Shown one piece after another: positions 22,801-36,575 of a stretch of 64,000 nucleotides of DNA (the stretch's first letter is position 1; each line of letters starts with the position of its first letter). Position numbers and translations under genes: made by a program. Source of the stretch: Eimeria praecox (Eukaryota); NCBI GenBank assembly GCA_963920595.1, contig OY986946.1:4154001-4218000 (forward strand). Direction: 5' to 3'. A model generated the notes under the pieces. The model saw nothing but the letters and a program-made list of their open reading frames with translations, was not told the DNA's origin and did no database searches.

Positions 22801-24104
22801 TCGGCCATTCCGCAACATAGAGGACCACCAAAGCATACCAAGCCTGCAGCGTTGCGTCCATCCTCAGCATCGTGCACAGCTCCTTCCGGTATGTGTGTGG
22901 GTCGGGGCCTGTACGAAGCAGGGGCCAAACAAACTGCCATTACTTAGACTTCCAGAAAAAGAAGCTTACAGAGACGCAAACAATGCAGCGTAACACCTAC
23001 AGAGAAGAACACCTGCACAGAGTGGGCGGAACGCCTCATCTGGCCATCCTACACAACCGTGCAAGTAGTGTATAATATATCCCATTAATTTCTAAAATAA
23101 CTTCAACAATTAAATCCCCCGAGTCTAGTTTTTCAGTTCATGCATACTAAATCATACTGTATAATATACCCTTTCATACACAGGAACTTGTGCACACTGT
23201 GCTCAACGTCTCATAGCATTTACCATTTAGCAGTTCAGCTTTCCTTCTCCTGCGGCGCTGTCTGCGTGTGGAGGTCCCCCTCCCCCCTGAACTGGTCTCC
23301 ATGGTTGTTGAAGCAGTCGGAACAGAAGATGGGGGCAGAGAAGCCACCTGTCCTGTGCCTTTGACCCCATCGACAGCCTGTGTCGGAGCCGAGCCACTCT
23401 CAGGAACTGGGGGAGTGCTTGCGCTGCTTGGAGGTGGCGTCGTTGCTGGAGGTATGGGAGAAGGTGAAGGCGCAACAGCCACAACTTCCTTGTTGTTGTC
23501 CTTCCCTTCGTTGACCACCTCAGGGGCCCCGTCTAGGCCCTTTGGGGGCCCTTCCTTCCCATCCCCTTTCTCTCCTTTCACCCCCTCCTCCAACTTCCCA
23601 AAGTCCCCACTGCCGCCGCCCCCCTCACCCCCAGAAGCAGAAAGGCGGCGTCGCGCCAGCGCCCATTCTGAGAAGGGCGGCGAAGTCTGCGAATGCACAC
23701 CAGCAGCAGCAAAATGCAAGGAGGATATGGCGGTCAATTCAAGTTTACACCCAGATGGTTCTGGAACAGGGTCCTGCAGAAACAGCAGGAAATTATGAGG
23801 TAAATGGAGGGCAAGGCGCATTCACCGCCCAGCTCACCTCCGTCGATCGAGGAGGGTAGAGGGCTCCCAGGATATATCCAATGCACAGACAAAGGCAAAA
23901 GAGAAACCCAAGGAGCGAGTACTTTAGCACCGAACGGCTGCTGCACTTCTGTTTATAAGGGCTATGGCCTTTCTTCACATTGGCTGCTGCGGCAGCAGCA
24001 AAAATGAAGCATGCGGTGTCGTGATCGTCGGCTTGTGTTCCGCTAGAAGTACGGCGAGGACGCACAGAGGAGGCAGCCTGTCCATTGCATATCGGGGCCC
24101 CCAT
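19818..24104 (-). CDS. Hypothetical membrane protein: N-terminal signal anchor, Pro/Ser/Thr-rich linker, large non-repetitive domain, C-terminal TM and tail
   Basis: Exon 1 24104-23838 (YSLLGFLFCLCLCIGYILGALY) and exon 2 23773-23224 splice in frame. Further coding blocks lie at ~22908-22460, ~22400-22330, ~22105-21820, ~21685-21540 and ~21415-20403. The last exon ~20127-19818 encodes KWVVLVSTLGVALFFIILITLLLY. Internal junctions are not all resolved and I recognise no family. Confidence 0.6.
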
Positions 24105-27100
24105 CTCTCACGTTTTTTTCCCTAAGACCTCATACTGGAGAGAAGTGGTAAGCAAGAACAACCCCCGACTGTCTAGGTGCCTGTTATGGATGGACAGCTT
24201 GTGAAAAAGACCAACTACTACTTAATGGTAATTCTTAAAGCCAAAACAACACAGAAACGTGAAGTCCGTGCAATTCAGAAGAAATGCTGAAAGCCACTCG
24301 ACCTGCCCGCAAATCGAGGTGTATATACACCAAGATCTAGGGGGAGCAAACTGAGGCACTGATCACTGGCTTGCTGCAGTTGAATATCTCGGTGAGCTTT
24401 TAACAACAGGTGTCAAGAGACGTGAAAAGGAGGAGAGGGAGAAAACAAAGCGATGCAAATGAGAGACGGAGACCGACACGTCTTTTCTCTGCACTCTCCC
24501 TTCCTTTCTTCTCCCCTCCTCCTCGTTGTACAGAACACTTCTTTATTTTCCCTCTAAAGGAAGACCTAATTGAATAACTCGGAAGCTCGTGCAAGGAAGA
24601 AGCGGCGCAAACACCGCTTCCCCGACGAACAGAGCGACCTCTAGCAACATCACCGGGGCTGCTGGGGCCTCATGAGCGCCCTCTGTAGGATGAACAGGTT
24701 GTTAATTTTGTTTAATTTCATCTTCAAATTACAAATGTGCATCGTCGCGCTTATCATAATGTTTTGATTCCGCTGCTTTCCACTGCCACCACGCAGCTTT
24801 CCGTCGGTGCGTACACCCGCCCGACTCCGCCCCGGGGCGCTGGAACGACTCCGGTGATTTTCTGCTGCATGTCTCTTGCTCGGAAACGCGTTCAAGTATT
24901 ATGCACCCTTCAAACCGTCTGCAAAGCCTCAGAAGCACCGCATGCACATGCGCTACCTCCCCGCGCCTTGTGCGTAGACTAGGTTTGGTGTATCCTTAGT
25001 CAGCTTCAAGGCAGTGGTGTACGGATGGCGTCTGATGCCTCAGAGGAGGAGAGAATATGATATCAGGGGATGACACTATGCTGAAACACTTCTAGATTAG
25101 CTAGTAAATCGGTGAAAGTAGGTGCTAGGCGTGTCCCCCCGTTGACGACAGACTTGAACGTGCTTCTGCTTCAGCCTCGCATCTTAGTTCTCTCTTCTCC
25201 TTTAGAGTTGCTTTAGCTGAACGGACTCTCCAACCGCAGCACTTACTGCTGGCGTTGGGTTGTCAACGAAGCATACAGAGACAGCACTTCATGAGAAGCC
25301 ATCTGTGGCCTTGTAGAGCTTTGTTCTATTCCTGGCCCAGATGCTTACGACGCTCTAAGCTTCCGCCTAAAGAGGGCTTATCTACTTCCAGCCAGAGTCA
25401 ACAGCCAGCGTCACTCAACGCGTTGCAAGAAAGCCGCCAATAGCTACGGTGGAGACCAGCATCAGCGACGCACGCAGACAGCGAACGCACATTGAGCGCT
25501 GTCTACCCCGTTGGGGTTCCCGCCTTTCTCCTGTTTCGCTTCGCTTGCCTCACCGCATCACACATAGAAGTCTTTAACTGCCAGGGAGTGCATCGTCTCT
25601 GCAGTGCAGGAATGGTGGTTAACATCGTATACGGTATAAATCCTTAGCAGCATTTCGTCGTTATTAGACCTTCTCTAGCACTAAACAGCCACACCCTGGC
25701 ACAGTAGAATAGCCCATGCATGTACGTGCGCATGGATCCAGCAAGCATCTCTGTCGGCTTGCTTTCTAGCAGATTTCTTTTGCAGCTGTTTTCTCCCTCA
25801 AGCAGCGGGAAAGACCAGCCAACAGTCTGTAGAGAAGAAAATTGATGCTGAGTTCTGAGCAGACGGATGCAGGAGGTGAACACGGCTCTCCTTGTAGCTA
25901 ATGCAATTTCCATGCTGTTGCTAAGCACAGCGCGGCCTGATACAGGCGTCGCAGAGCTGCACAGTGAGCTTTCTTCTCTGGGCTGTCCACTAGCCCCTTG
26001 CTGTTGGGAACACCAGTGATGTCTCAAAAACAATATCCTTATTACGTTGAAGTTGACGAAACAACCAAACTAGAGATAGTGGTGGTTGGGACTTCCCGAC
26101 GGCGTTGCGTTAGGTGTATAAGGATGAAGGCAAACGCAATTTAGTGTAGAATAGATCATCATTTCTTTAACTGTAGATGAAATAAATGTTTTGAACGTAG
26201 CATCAACTTGTACTACGATTCAAGTGCTCCATCTTCCTGTGTTTCCCGTTTGCAGCTTAATGCAGGCGGTTTTGAGCCAACGATTTCAAATCGCTTTTGT
26301 CAGTTCTTTAACGTTTTGAGTGTACTTCCACTTATACAACTGGGGTTCAGCGCAACTGTGCGGGGAAGGACTCTATAAAGTAGAAGAAGCGGCAGGGGAT
26401 ATACAACACAAACTGTGCGAAGTCAAGCTGTGCAAAATCCCGCTTCGCAGAGGCAGCGAAACTAAAACAATTTCGACAAGGAGTAAATACATGAGAATAA
26501 GCAAGAGTAGTAAAAAGACAGAAACCACTGGCAACAGTCAGGAGGCTACTAACTCCTCTGAGCCCACGAAATGGCTGAAGCAGGAAGAAAAGCAGATCGA
26601 TTGAACAAAAACAAATCGATATCAGCAGTTGATGCCCCCGGGAAATTTTGGCTAAGCAATGTGCATTGGTGAAAGGTGAGGCAGAGAAGCCTCACGCTCG
26701 CGGCAGTGTCTGTTCCTTGGAGTTTAATTGCTAAGTTGAAGACAAGGCATAAACAAAGTAAAGAGTGGATATTCTTCGCACGCAGCACATGCAGGATGTG
26801 CATCCTCTGTTCTCTCTTGCTTTCCCGTATCTATTAAAGCCATTACTTTGGCACCGTCGGAACAATGTGCCATGTACTGATGCTCTTTGGGGCAATCATT
26901 CGGCGAAAGGAAACAGGAAAACCAGTTGTATCACTTTTCATTCATAACCCGCAGCGTCACCTCTCGCTGGGTTGATCCGGTTGTTCTGAAGCTTGTGACG
27001 TGTAAGGCTGCCTGACTCGAAGTAAAGCCGAACTCGATTGTGCGGTGAGTAAGGCGATCTGTTCACAGATCTAGCATAAACGTGCCCCATAAATTATTCT

Positions 27101-27702
27101 ATGCATTTGGAAAACGAGAAAAAACGCCAATCGATAAGAAATACAAACCCATGAGACTACCCGAAGCTTGAATGCGGCCGACAGCAGCGGCGCCGGGTTG
27201 CTCCTTCAGCACACGCCTCAAGACACAAAGGTGGTGGAAATCAAATTGAGTTGGAATGGAAGGAAAACGGTTAATGGTGCCTGGCATCTAGCAAAGAGAG
27301 AGGCGAAGAAGGCAGACAGAGCGCCCTCTCCTGCTTCCCGGAACCCGACGGCCGAGAAGCGCCGCGTGGCTTCTTTCATGGGTTTGGCGTATTCATAGGG
27401 CCGGACTAGCTGAACTGAAGAAGTGATAAGGGTCTTTCTGAACAGCAAATGAATTAAAGAACGTTTCAATCCCATTTGGAGATGCCGGTCGGGTCTAAGG
27501 GGCTCACCTGGCCAGTTAGAGGCTGACGCCGGTGCATGTGCAGACCTTCCCTTACTTTGAAGTGAAACCCAGGATAAATCTGCCAGCGAATGAAATTGTT
27601 TCTCTAGTTTTTCGCTTCTTAGTGATGGGATTCGTCAAATAGCGTCAAATCCTCAGCTCCTCCAGGCGGTGGTCGGTCCTGGACCACAGGTCTGCGTACA
27701 CC

Positions 27703-30700
27703 ATGGGAGGCCAAAGTGGAGAGAAAGACGAAGCTGGAAGGACTGTATCTGGGGCGGAAAGGAGCAACAGCAGAAACTTCATGGGTTGGATTAGACAGAG
27801 TAGCGTGAAAAGGTTCAGATCTAGGGAAGTGAGCCGAACACCTCGAGATCGGAGACCCGACAAAGACGATGTTGTCTGCACACCACAGGCAACTACCGAA
27901 AATGGCGTCGATGCCTCTGCTCCTGGCAAAGGCGATCATTCTCTCGCAGCAATGTTTATGTCTGTACCCAGCAGAACAAAACTCAGAGATGAGCCCCATG
28001 AGGTGGCACGGGACGGGGTCGCCGTGCGTCGAGCCTACACATCTCAGTCGCTGGGTGCACAGCATTCTGAGAGTATAGTGCATACAAATAGCATGCCGCA
28101 TGCAAGCATTATGCTTCATGCAAGCGCTGTCAACATCGACGACCCCAGGCTAGAAAACGGCGGAAGGAGCGCCCGAAGCGACCCAGGGGACGTAAGCGAT
28201 GCAGGTGAGCATGAAGATGCCACTCGCCACCTAAATGCATGTGCACTCAGCAGTATCAGATACACCTCAGGACTCTGCAGTATCTGGGGATATCTCCAAC
28301 ACGGTCTAGACTTCCCCAGGGCGTCTGCCAGTCCTTACATCTGGCACCTGCTGTCTCGTCTGTAGCGTCAGCCAATAGGAGCATCGCTCCCCTTAACATC
28401 TGCAGGAGCTTCCCCAACAGGCCATGGTTGGACCATACAGATCCAACGGGCCGTTGCATGCATACACATTGGGGTCATCAAGTGTCTGCTGTGCAACTTG
28501 CTGGACCGTAAAGGTGCACACAGTTTCTTTCTGTTTATGTTGGAGGACCTGCATTATTTGTATTTTGATTGTTATGGACTTCGCGAATAGTTTGTTGTGA
28601 TGTCTTCATTGAGCTCAGATATGCCAAGTGGTAAGGCGCTTCATTCAAACGGAGAGAAGACAGAGGACAAGGGGACACAAAAGGCGAAGAGAGCGGGAAG
28701 TTCTTCTGGGTTGGGGCGCATTGGCAGTTTCTTCACGCGAAGTTTCAGCAAACACCGCAGCCGCAGCAATCGTCATTTAAAAGACGAAAGAGAACCGCCG
28801 GCTGCGGATGTGGAGTCTCCAGAGACACCTCGTGAGGGACAGATTGTTTTCTTTAGGTTTAGTTTTAGTTCTGCTGTTGCTGTTGTTAAGAGAGTGAAAG
28901 AGCGTCTGGCATTATTAGTCAGGCGCCCAACAAACTCTTGACGCCACCCTCCTCAGTTTGTTGTTTGTTTGCTTGTGCTATTGGTGAATGTGTTGGTTGC
29001 TTGCTCGTGCTATTTTGACATGGAGGTAGCTATCTTCTCTTTTTTCTGCTGCAGCTATTCCAGCCCTGTCTGATGCTGTCAGCGCACCTCCAGCCCTCTC
29101 CTTGGCGGCACTCGATGCACTTCCGGATTTTTCGGCTGCTGATTGGCTGGCGAAGTTTGAACAAGAAGGAAATGCAGCGGCTTCAAGTGTCATGACAGTC
29201 TGTGGAGGGGCCTTGGAAGCAGTGGCTGCACATTTGGGGGAGTTAGAAAAGAGCGTACGGCTTCTACAGCAGACCGAGCAGCAGCAACCGCAGCAACAGC
29301 AGCACGAAGAAGTAGAAGAAGAAAACGCAACAGAAGCTGCACAGGAAGTAGCTGAAAGGCTGGCAGCAACGCGAAAGAAGATGGACGGTGCTGATCAACA
29401 GATCTTCAGTCAGATGAGGTACCACGGCGAACAGATTGTTCTTGGCGAGCTGCTGCGTATGATTGCAACTGTTAAGAACATCATGCATGGGATTAAGTAT
29501 GCCGCCTCTTCAGACACCGCAGCTCAACACGACCTCCAGGTTCGCTTCATCCAGACCTCAGAAACATATTTTTGGCGTCTGTCTCCTACAGTCAACAATC
29601 AGGCCTCCATGTTCGGTGATTTGTCTAGACAAAGCAGATCGTTTCTCTTTCTTCTCTCCCGATAGATTAGATCTAGCAGCGAGGGAGGCGATGTTTCGTG
29701 CAAAGGCAGCATCAACCCGATCGCTGTTTGCATGGGACCCCTGTGCTTAACTGGGTCAAGTTGTGGTTGTCTTGTGGATGGCTTTGGTGCAGGGAGAAGA
29801 AGAACAGCTACAGGCATGGCAAGAGCCTTGCGGCGCCCTCCGCGAAAATAAAAATTGTCTGGAGGCTCTCTATGCCCGGGTTAGCTGGAGGCGAACATTC
29901 TGATATCTCTTCTACGTAGTCACACAGCAGACAAACATATGCATTAAAACTAAGGAGAAGGCGCAGCACTTCTTCTCTAGTGCCTTAGTCTTCAACAAAA
30001 GCTGCCTCGCTGTGGGCCACGCGCCAGCAGTACAAGCGCGGTAGTATATGGGAAAGGGACTAAATGCAGCTCCCCCTGTGCGTGTGTTATATGTTTATGT
30101 GCAGGTCCGCTCAACTCGCAACCAAGTGCTTTCGAACTACCATGAGGAGTGTCTTCGGCTGAACCAAAGCGTGCAGCTGCTGATGGACCGAATACAAAAC
30201 ACTGTCGGGGAGGTATTTGCAGAGTTGCAGGAACCCCCATCGCTGGAGACACTCTATGGCAGGCAGCAGATCACCAACCAACACCCAAAATGCAAGCACC
30301 CGGGGGCCGAGCTGCGCTCCAAAGGCAGCAGTAGTTGGGTTGCAAGCCATCAGCTGGCATTTAGCCGCTTGCCAACGTTCATATCGCGTTTGCAGCTGTA
30401 CGCTTTTAATTCGCCTTCCTTCTCAAAGAACGGGTATGAGGACAAGGGATGTGCAAACGACATAAAAAATTCAAGTGGCCATCCAGCTGTACAGGCAACT
30501 CAGCTCTTCACCCCCTTGAGTCTACAGCAGTGCCTCCCACGGAAAAGCTGCATCAAAACTGTGCCTCCCGGTCTGGCGATCATGGCATCTCAGGCAGAAA
30601 TTGAACGCTATGAGTCTCAGTTGTGGGCAGGGGGCCCCTCTGACCTCCCTGCGGAGGGCGGCTTCGGCAGCTTTCGAGTGTTTGAACAGTGGCTGGTAGA

Positions 30701-33700
30701 CGCCATGAAATGGCAGTGGAGGGATGCTTTTATGTACTCAAAGTTGCACGAACGCCATGAGTCCATGCAGGAAATGATCAAGGAGAAGCAACGCGATATT
30801 CAAGAGGCCGTCCGCCTGAGACTCAAACAACTGTGGTGGGGAAGGACGGTAGAAATGCAGGCGTTTCACGCAACACAGGCTGCAGCTGCTTTGATGAGAG
30901 ACTTGGGAGGGGTTGAGGAGCTGCATGGGGTCGCTGCGGCGGAAGGTGCGAAGGGCAAAGAGGAAGCAGGGAGGCTTAGAGGAGCGGCGTCTGAAACACT
31001 CCTCCTAAGGACTGGCCGAGAAGCCGAAACTGCCTTGATGCGCGCCGAAGATATGAGGGCCTCTGTCATGCGGGTCGTTGGGAATCCAGCCTATGGACAC
31101 TTCAAAAGATCGCTCGAGGAGTTCAAAGCCCGGCCTTCTGATGCGGCAGCGCAGATCAACTTCCTGAAGGAACAAGTTGACAGGGCTGCAAGCCTCACGC
31201 GGCGATTTGAAGATGCAGCTGAGGGAAAAGACGGCTACGAAACGCTAGAGAGGGAATGCAGCCAGCTAGAGGCGGCTTTGGCGCTGCTGGAAGAAGAGGC
31301 AAAGTCACTGGAAAAAAAACTATCCTTCCGTCAGTCGCAACTGGCTGCGAAGAGGCAAAGCCTTACACATTCCCTCGAGCGGCTTTCGGCTGCCTTCGAT
31401 GCTGACAACAAGAAATTAGCAGCAATCGAAGCGCAGTGGGACTCGGCAGAGAAGATCGGACAGCTTATTCATGACTTCTTGCCGGCCGCAGAGGAGATAA
31501 CAGCGTGTAAACATAAACTTGCAGAGGAGAGGATACAGTTGGAGGCAGAAAAGGAAGAGGCGCGGGCGGAGCGACAACGACTTGAGGCGATGCGCCAGGA
31601 GGTTGAAAATGCGAAAAAAGCAAAAGCTGATGCTGGCACCTCCCCTGTTCCTGGGCCTCACGTGTCGACAACAGTAGACCCAAACAAACCTCAAGGCTTG
31701 ACGTCTTCATCCCCTCGCACGGCAGCGCAGGGCGAAGAGCCGCGACTTTCCACCACCCCTTCAAAGTCTTTCGTCAGCCGCATCTTTGGAGGGTCTTCGC
31801 GTCCTTCCACACCTAGAAAGTCCAAGGCAGCAGCTCACGAGGAAGCATCAGCAACAACAGAAACGCTGCAACAATCTGCAACGCCACGACGGGGTTCTGC
31901 TGACACGCAGACTCAACCGCATGTGCCGAAGGAGGAGTTGCTTCCCTTGAAACACGGCAACTCAGCTCCAGTGCATCTCGACAAACCTCTTGATGCCCTC
32001 AAAGACAGCAATAAAAGCATCGAGGCCACTATCTCGCAACAAACCAACGCAGAACAAAGTACGCACGATTTGCCTGGGCCCCCAGTGCATACGCTTTCCT
32101 CCCCTTCTTTGTTGACGCTGGAACACGAAGACCAAAGGACCCCTTCATCTTCCTCTTTGGCTATCGTAGCTGCTTCAGCTAAGGAAGAAGAGCCTCACAC
32201 TACTGAATCACGAAATGCAGAGGGAGTGGAATTACATGAAGCCTCCAGACAAGGCACTGGGGTGTCGAAGCGAAAGAAATCCAAGGACAACACTACGTGG
32301 ATCGGATCATCCCGCAGAAGCGGCCGGAAGAAGAAGAGTATGTACAGCAAACTGAGGAGTGCTTTTTCGTTGTCTCACAGCAGCAAGAAATCACGCGAAG
32401 AGGCCGAGGCTGCGCAGCAGCTGATCGAAAATGTGAACAGAGCCGACGAACACGAGGCAACCCAGAGACAGGGTAGCAGCCCGGAAGCTGCCAATGAGCA
32501 CCACTGGCTGCACGTAGGCAGTCAAAGTTCTGTATTGGCAACTATTCCGAATATCTTTGACAGCGAAGGCGAAGACGTAAACGACGAAGAGGGCTCTGCT
32601 TCTCCAGGCAACGCCAGCGCATCGTTTTCGCTGATGGTCGGCGCTTCCAGCAGATCCGAAGGCAGCAACCAACCCGCTGAAGACGCGGGGCTGCAGCAGG
32701 AGGCTGCGGATGCTTCTGCGGGACGATCCAGCGGAGCTAGCCCTCTCTCGTTCACAGGAAAGGACAATCGAGAGGTCTCGCCCACCCTTTCGCTTGCAGA
32801 GTCCTTCCGCCGGGCGTCTCCAGAAAAAGCCGAGCGAACCAAGATGTATGCGATTCAAGCTACGACTTCGCCTTCCCAACCTCTCCATCAAACAGGGGTG
32901 GCGAACAAGTTCCCCTCAGACTCGTCTGCACAAGAGAACTCACCTCAGTTCGGCAGTGCGCATTCGAGTGCAGATTTTTGGAACAAGGACGAATCTGAGG
33001 AGGAGATGAAATCGGCTGAATCCAGTGATGCCAACAGATCTAAAGTGGCTGAGTATCAGGGCGAAGCTGCAGAAAACCAGCCGGAAGCAGGCCCACTTGT
33101 GCCATTCCCTTCCTTGTCTGCGGGGCCGCCTGCTGATTTCCGATCGGGAGTGGAGGGCCAGATCGTCTCAGCCAAGCGGTCGTTTCATGAAGAGTCTGAA
33201 CCTGCAGAAATCTCTTCTCAGCGTCGCCGTAGCGATACCGCAGTCAGCTCGAGTGTCTACTCGGCACGAGCGAACCGGAAATACGGCAAGGGACATGATA
33301 GAACAGCTACTGCTTTCGACAGGCTTACTGCTGGTTTCAGGAGCCCCTCTGCTTCGGGACTGGTTGACGAAGACGACCGCATTGAACTATTTCTTAGCAA
33401 CAACCAACCAGACCTGACGGCAGCTGTCATGAGCAGTAGTATCTTCGCTCTGCTGGAGCCAGAGGAGCGACAGCACTGCGTGCATTTAATGTTGAATAGC
33501 TTCGTGCAAATCCCCAAGGGATGCATGCTTGTGCAGAGGGGCGAAAAGGTGGACACATTGTATTTTCTCGTTTCCGGCGAGCTTGGGATGACAGAGCCTC
33601 ATGTAATCGAACCGCCAGTTAACTCTGCAGCGTTGACCCCCCCGGCCCCGGGCTATCATGCACGACGTCGCAGCAGCTATGACGCTGAAGTTCCTCAAGA

Positions 33701-34866
33701 AAAGTTTCCAATTCAAATAGGGCCCGGTGCCTTCGTGGTGCCGCGAGCATTTGTGCGCGAGGAGCAAACCAACCACTCCATCATGGCACTACGCCCCTGC
33801 ACTTTGCAGAAACTCAGCTTCCACTCCTTTCAGCAAGTCATCAGTGGTGAGCACCCGCGTAGACGAATCTCATAGGTTTGCAGCAAGACTTAGGAAGACA
33901 GTACACACAGAATGACGTGCGTTATATGCGGCGTGCTTAACTGACTATGCATTCTGTGGCTATTGTTTGTGTTGACTGCGCAGCATGTATCTTCCGACGG
34001 GCTTCACAGGTTATGAGCTACCTCGGTCATTGCCCTATATTGGATTCCTTGACAAGGTAGATACACTACTGAGGAATAGCTGCTCAGCTTTATTGCACAG
34101 GAAACAGATACGGGGGAACCTTCCTCCTGGTGGCATGCTGATACGATGGCCTGCGAATTTCTGTTTCTCAGGAGGGAAAGGGTGCAAATGGCCACTTTGA
34201 TGAAGTGGAAAATATATCTCCCTGACGAAGTCATGTGCTTTCAAGGAGAGATCTGCAGCGGCGTATTGATTGTTGTTCATGGTGTGTGAGCGTTTCAGCT
34301 TTCTTCCCAGGACCACGCTTCATTGGTCTTCTCCTTAATGCTGGGGAGGTTGCCTTTCGTGCTTCAGTTTTGTCACTATTTGCTTCATTTCTAGGTTGCA
34401 TTTCATGGTTGTGCTTATTGCAGGCTGCGCACGAGCGGTTCGCTTTGTAGAGCGCCAGGGTAATCCCGATGTAGTCGACGAATATGGCCCAGGTGAGACA
34501 ATAGGCAACGCCTCAAGACCACTACTTGAGAAAACAACAGCAAACATGCATGCGTCCATGCACGTCGGTGGCGAAGCCAGAAAGATGAACAGCTGAAGCG
34601 TACACAATGTGTTTAGTTATCGCAAGCGGTGCAGGATTTGTGAAGGCAACAGCAACTGCTTCTTGGTTGTATTGCTTCTTCTCGGAATTGCCTGCCTCTG
34701 ATGTCGTGGGTGCTTCAGGCGACAACATAAACGCGCTGGCCCTGCTACACGATACGCCTTCTGATGTTTCTATCATTGCAGCGGCTCCTGATGGCTGCGT
34801 CGTTGCAGTGTTAGCACGCAGCGAGCTTCAAGATTCCCTCGGGGATGCGGAAACGATCCTTAACAG
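27703..34866 (+). CDS. Large coiled-coil/low-complexity protein with two C-terminal cyclic-nucleotide-binding (cNMP)-like domains
   Basis: The long exon ~30105-33846 encodes a coiled coil, a Ser-rich disordered region and IFALLEPEER...IPKGCMLVQRGEKVDTLYFLVSGEL. Exons 33984-34056, 34172-34281, 34424-34492 and 34719-34866 splice in frame to a second domain (CPILDSLT...YLPDEVMCFQGEICSGVLIVVHG...EYGPGDNINALALLHDTPSDVSIIA). The upstream exons (27703-, ~28600-, ~29050-29539) and the final exon (probably ending by ~35300) are tentative. Confidence 0.7.
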
Positions 34867-36127
34867 GTCCGCTTCTCTCAAGCTCACTTCATTCGTACAT
34901 ATTTGTATTGCGGGTTTGTAAATTGATATAAACTGCCACAATTGGCACAACATGATTGTCATGCAGTAAATGTTTTAACTACGTTTTTCAATTTGAGACC
35001 AAATGCCGCCGTGTTTTGCAGAGCATGCGCATCATGCAGCTCACTAGCAGTCCCGGCGCCACAAACAAACGTGAAGTGCGCCAGACAGTGGAAAGTCAGA
35101 TGTTTATGTGTTGTGCTCCGATGAAGATGAAAATTGGGTGGACGTTTCAGCTTTAACGACGTAGCGGTGTAGACAGTTTCGGTGTGTTTTCCGTTTAGGC
35201 GCTTTGGAAACAGCAGTGAAATGCAAGGCGGCAGAACATCAGGACTCACCCAGGTGAGGATGACGCCAGCAGGAAGCATCATCACCTTGTGACACTTGCA
35301 AGAACTACCTTGTAAACGAAGCGAATCCTACTATCAGTTGTATACGCATCAGTGACCCGATTGCTGCGTGGTGCTTGCAGCTGAAGAAGCAGTTCTCCAG
35401 CTTGTGGAACCGGCGTGGATCTGACTAGAAGAGCTGTTGCTGCCCACTGTAGCAAAGAAGCTAAATTGTTTGTTCTGTGCCGCTTCAAGGGAAAGGAAAG
35501 TGCATCTGAGTCTGTCAGGAAAGGACTTAACCAATTTGAAGTGGAGGGGAGGGGGATCCTCTATGGCAACTCTGCGTTGCTTGCTGATTAGGATGTCTTT
35601 CAGGAAGGATATGAAGAAACTCAGTGAAATACACTTGATAACGTTTCTCAGTAAAATACATTTGATAAAAAGAAAGTCAGTGAAATGCACTTGTTAAGCC
35701 CCGGGCTGTATGCAACTTCCGGAGAGGGCGCTCCGTCATACTGCCTCGGGTCTTAAGCCAAAAGATCTGCATTCAAATTTGTTGCTCAACTCCGTAGCAA
35801 CTTCGAGGACTTGCTTGTCTGATTATACAATTCCTCAGTCTGACTGGTGGGAAGGTCACATATACACGAGTCTTTCGTATCTAGTGTGTCTACGGACTAC
35901 AGAAAATGTACAGTGAGGTGTACAAGTACATTCTGCAGCTAAGACTGGAGAGCCACTAACAGCGATATTTCGAGTATTAGTAACAGCAGCCTGCATGCGA
36001 TCATGAGGCAACGAAGAGAAGGGCGTGCTCAATTACTACAAACAAACATCAACATCAAACCGACTCTGTGCTATATACAGCACAAAGCAAGCAACGCGCC
36101 CTTGCGGGAGGTCTTGTTGTTCTTCAT

Positions 36128-36542
36128 CTACTTCTGCTCTTCTTGTTTATTGAAGAGCTTGTCTGGCAACACAGACACCGTCAGTCCTTCTCCTTGCAGT
36201 GCTGTTCACAACAGCCAGCAGACAGCGTTACAGCAAAACATAACAACGAAAGAAATACACCCTAAGTGCAGAACGACGCCTATGCACTTTCATTATTTCC
36301 ACTCAAGTACAGAGGCCACAAAGGAGCACATTTAGCTTGCAGCACGGCTAAATAAATTAAGTAAAGATAACATACAATAAGCTGCAAACTATGCATGCAG
36401 ATAAATGAACAGCCACCCGCGGAGACACCCTACAGTTCTTATCTTAATACAGATGCTCTGCCTATATCTTCCTCACTACAGCAAATGCATGTAGCGAAGA
36501 AGTCGACAATATATCACAGTAATAATAATAATAATAGTAATA

Positions 36543-36575
<33 letters not shown>

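Noticed and set aside
24400..27600. Short ORFs or a degenerate retroelement in the long intergenic region
   Set aside because: No RT, integrase, gag or LTR features recognised, and no consistent exon chain.
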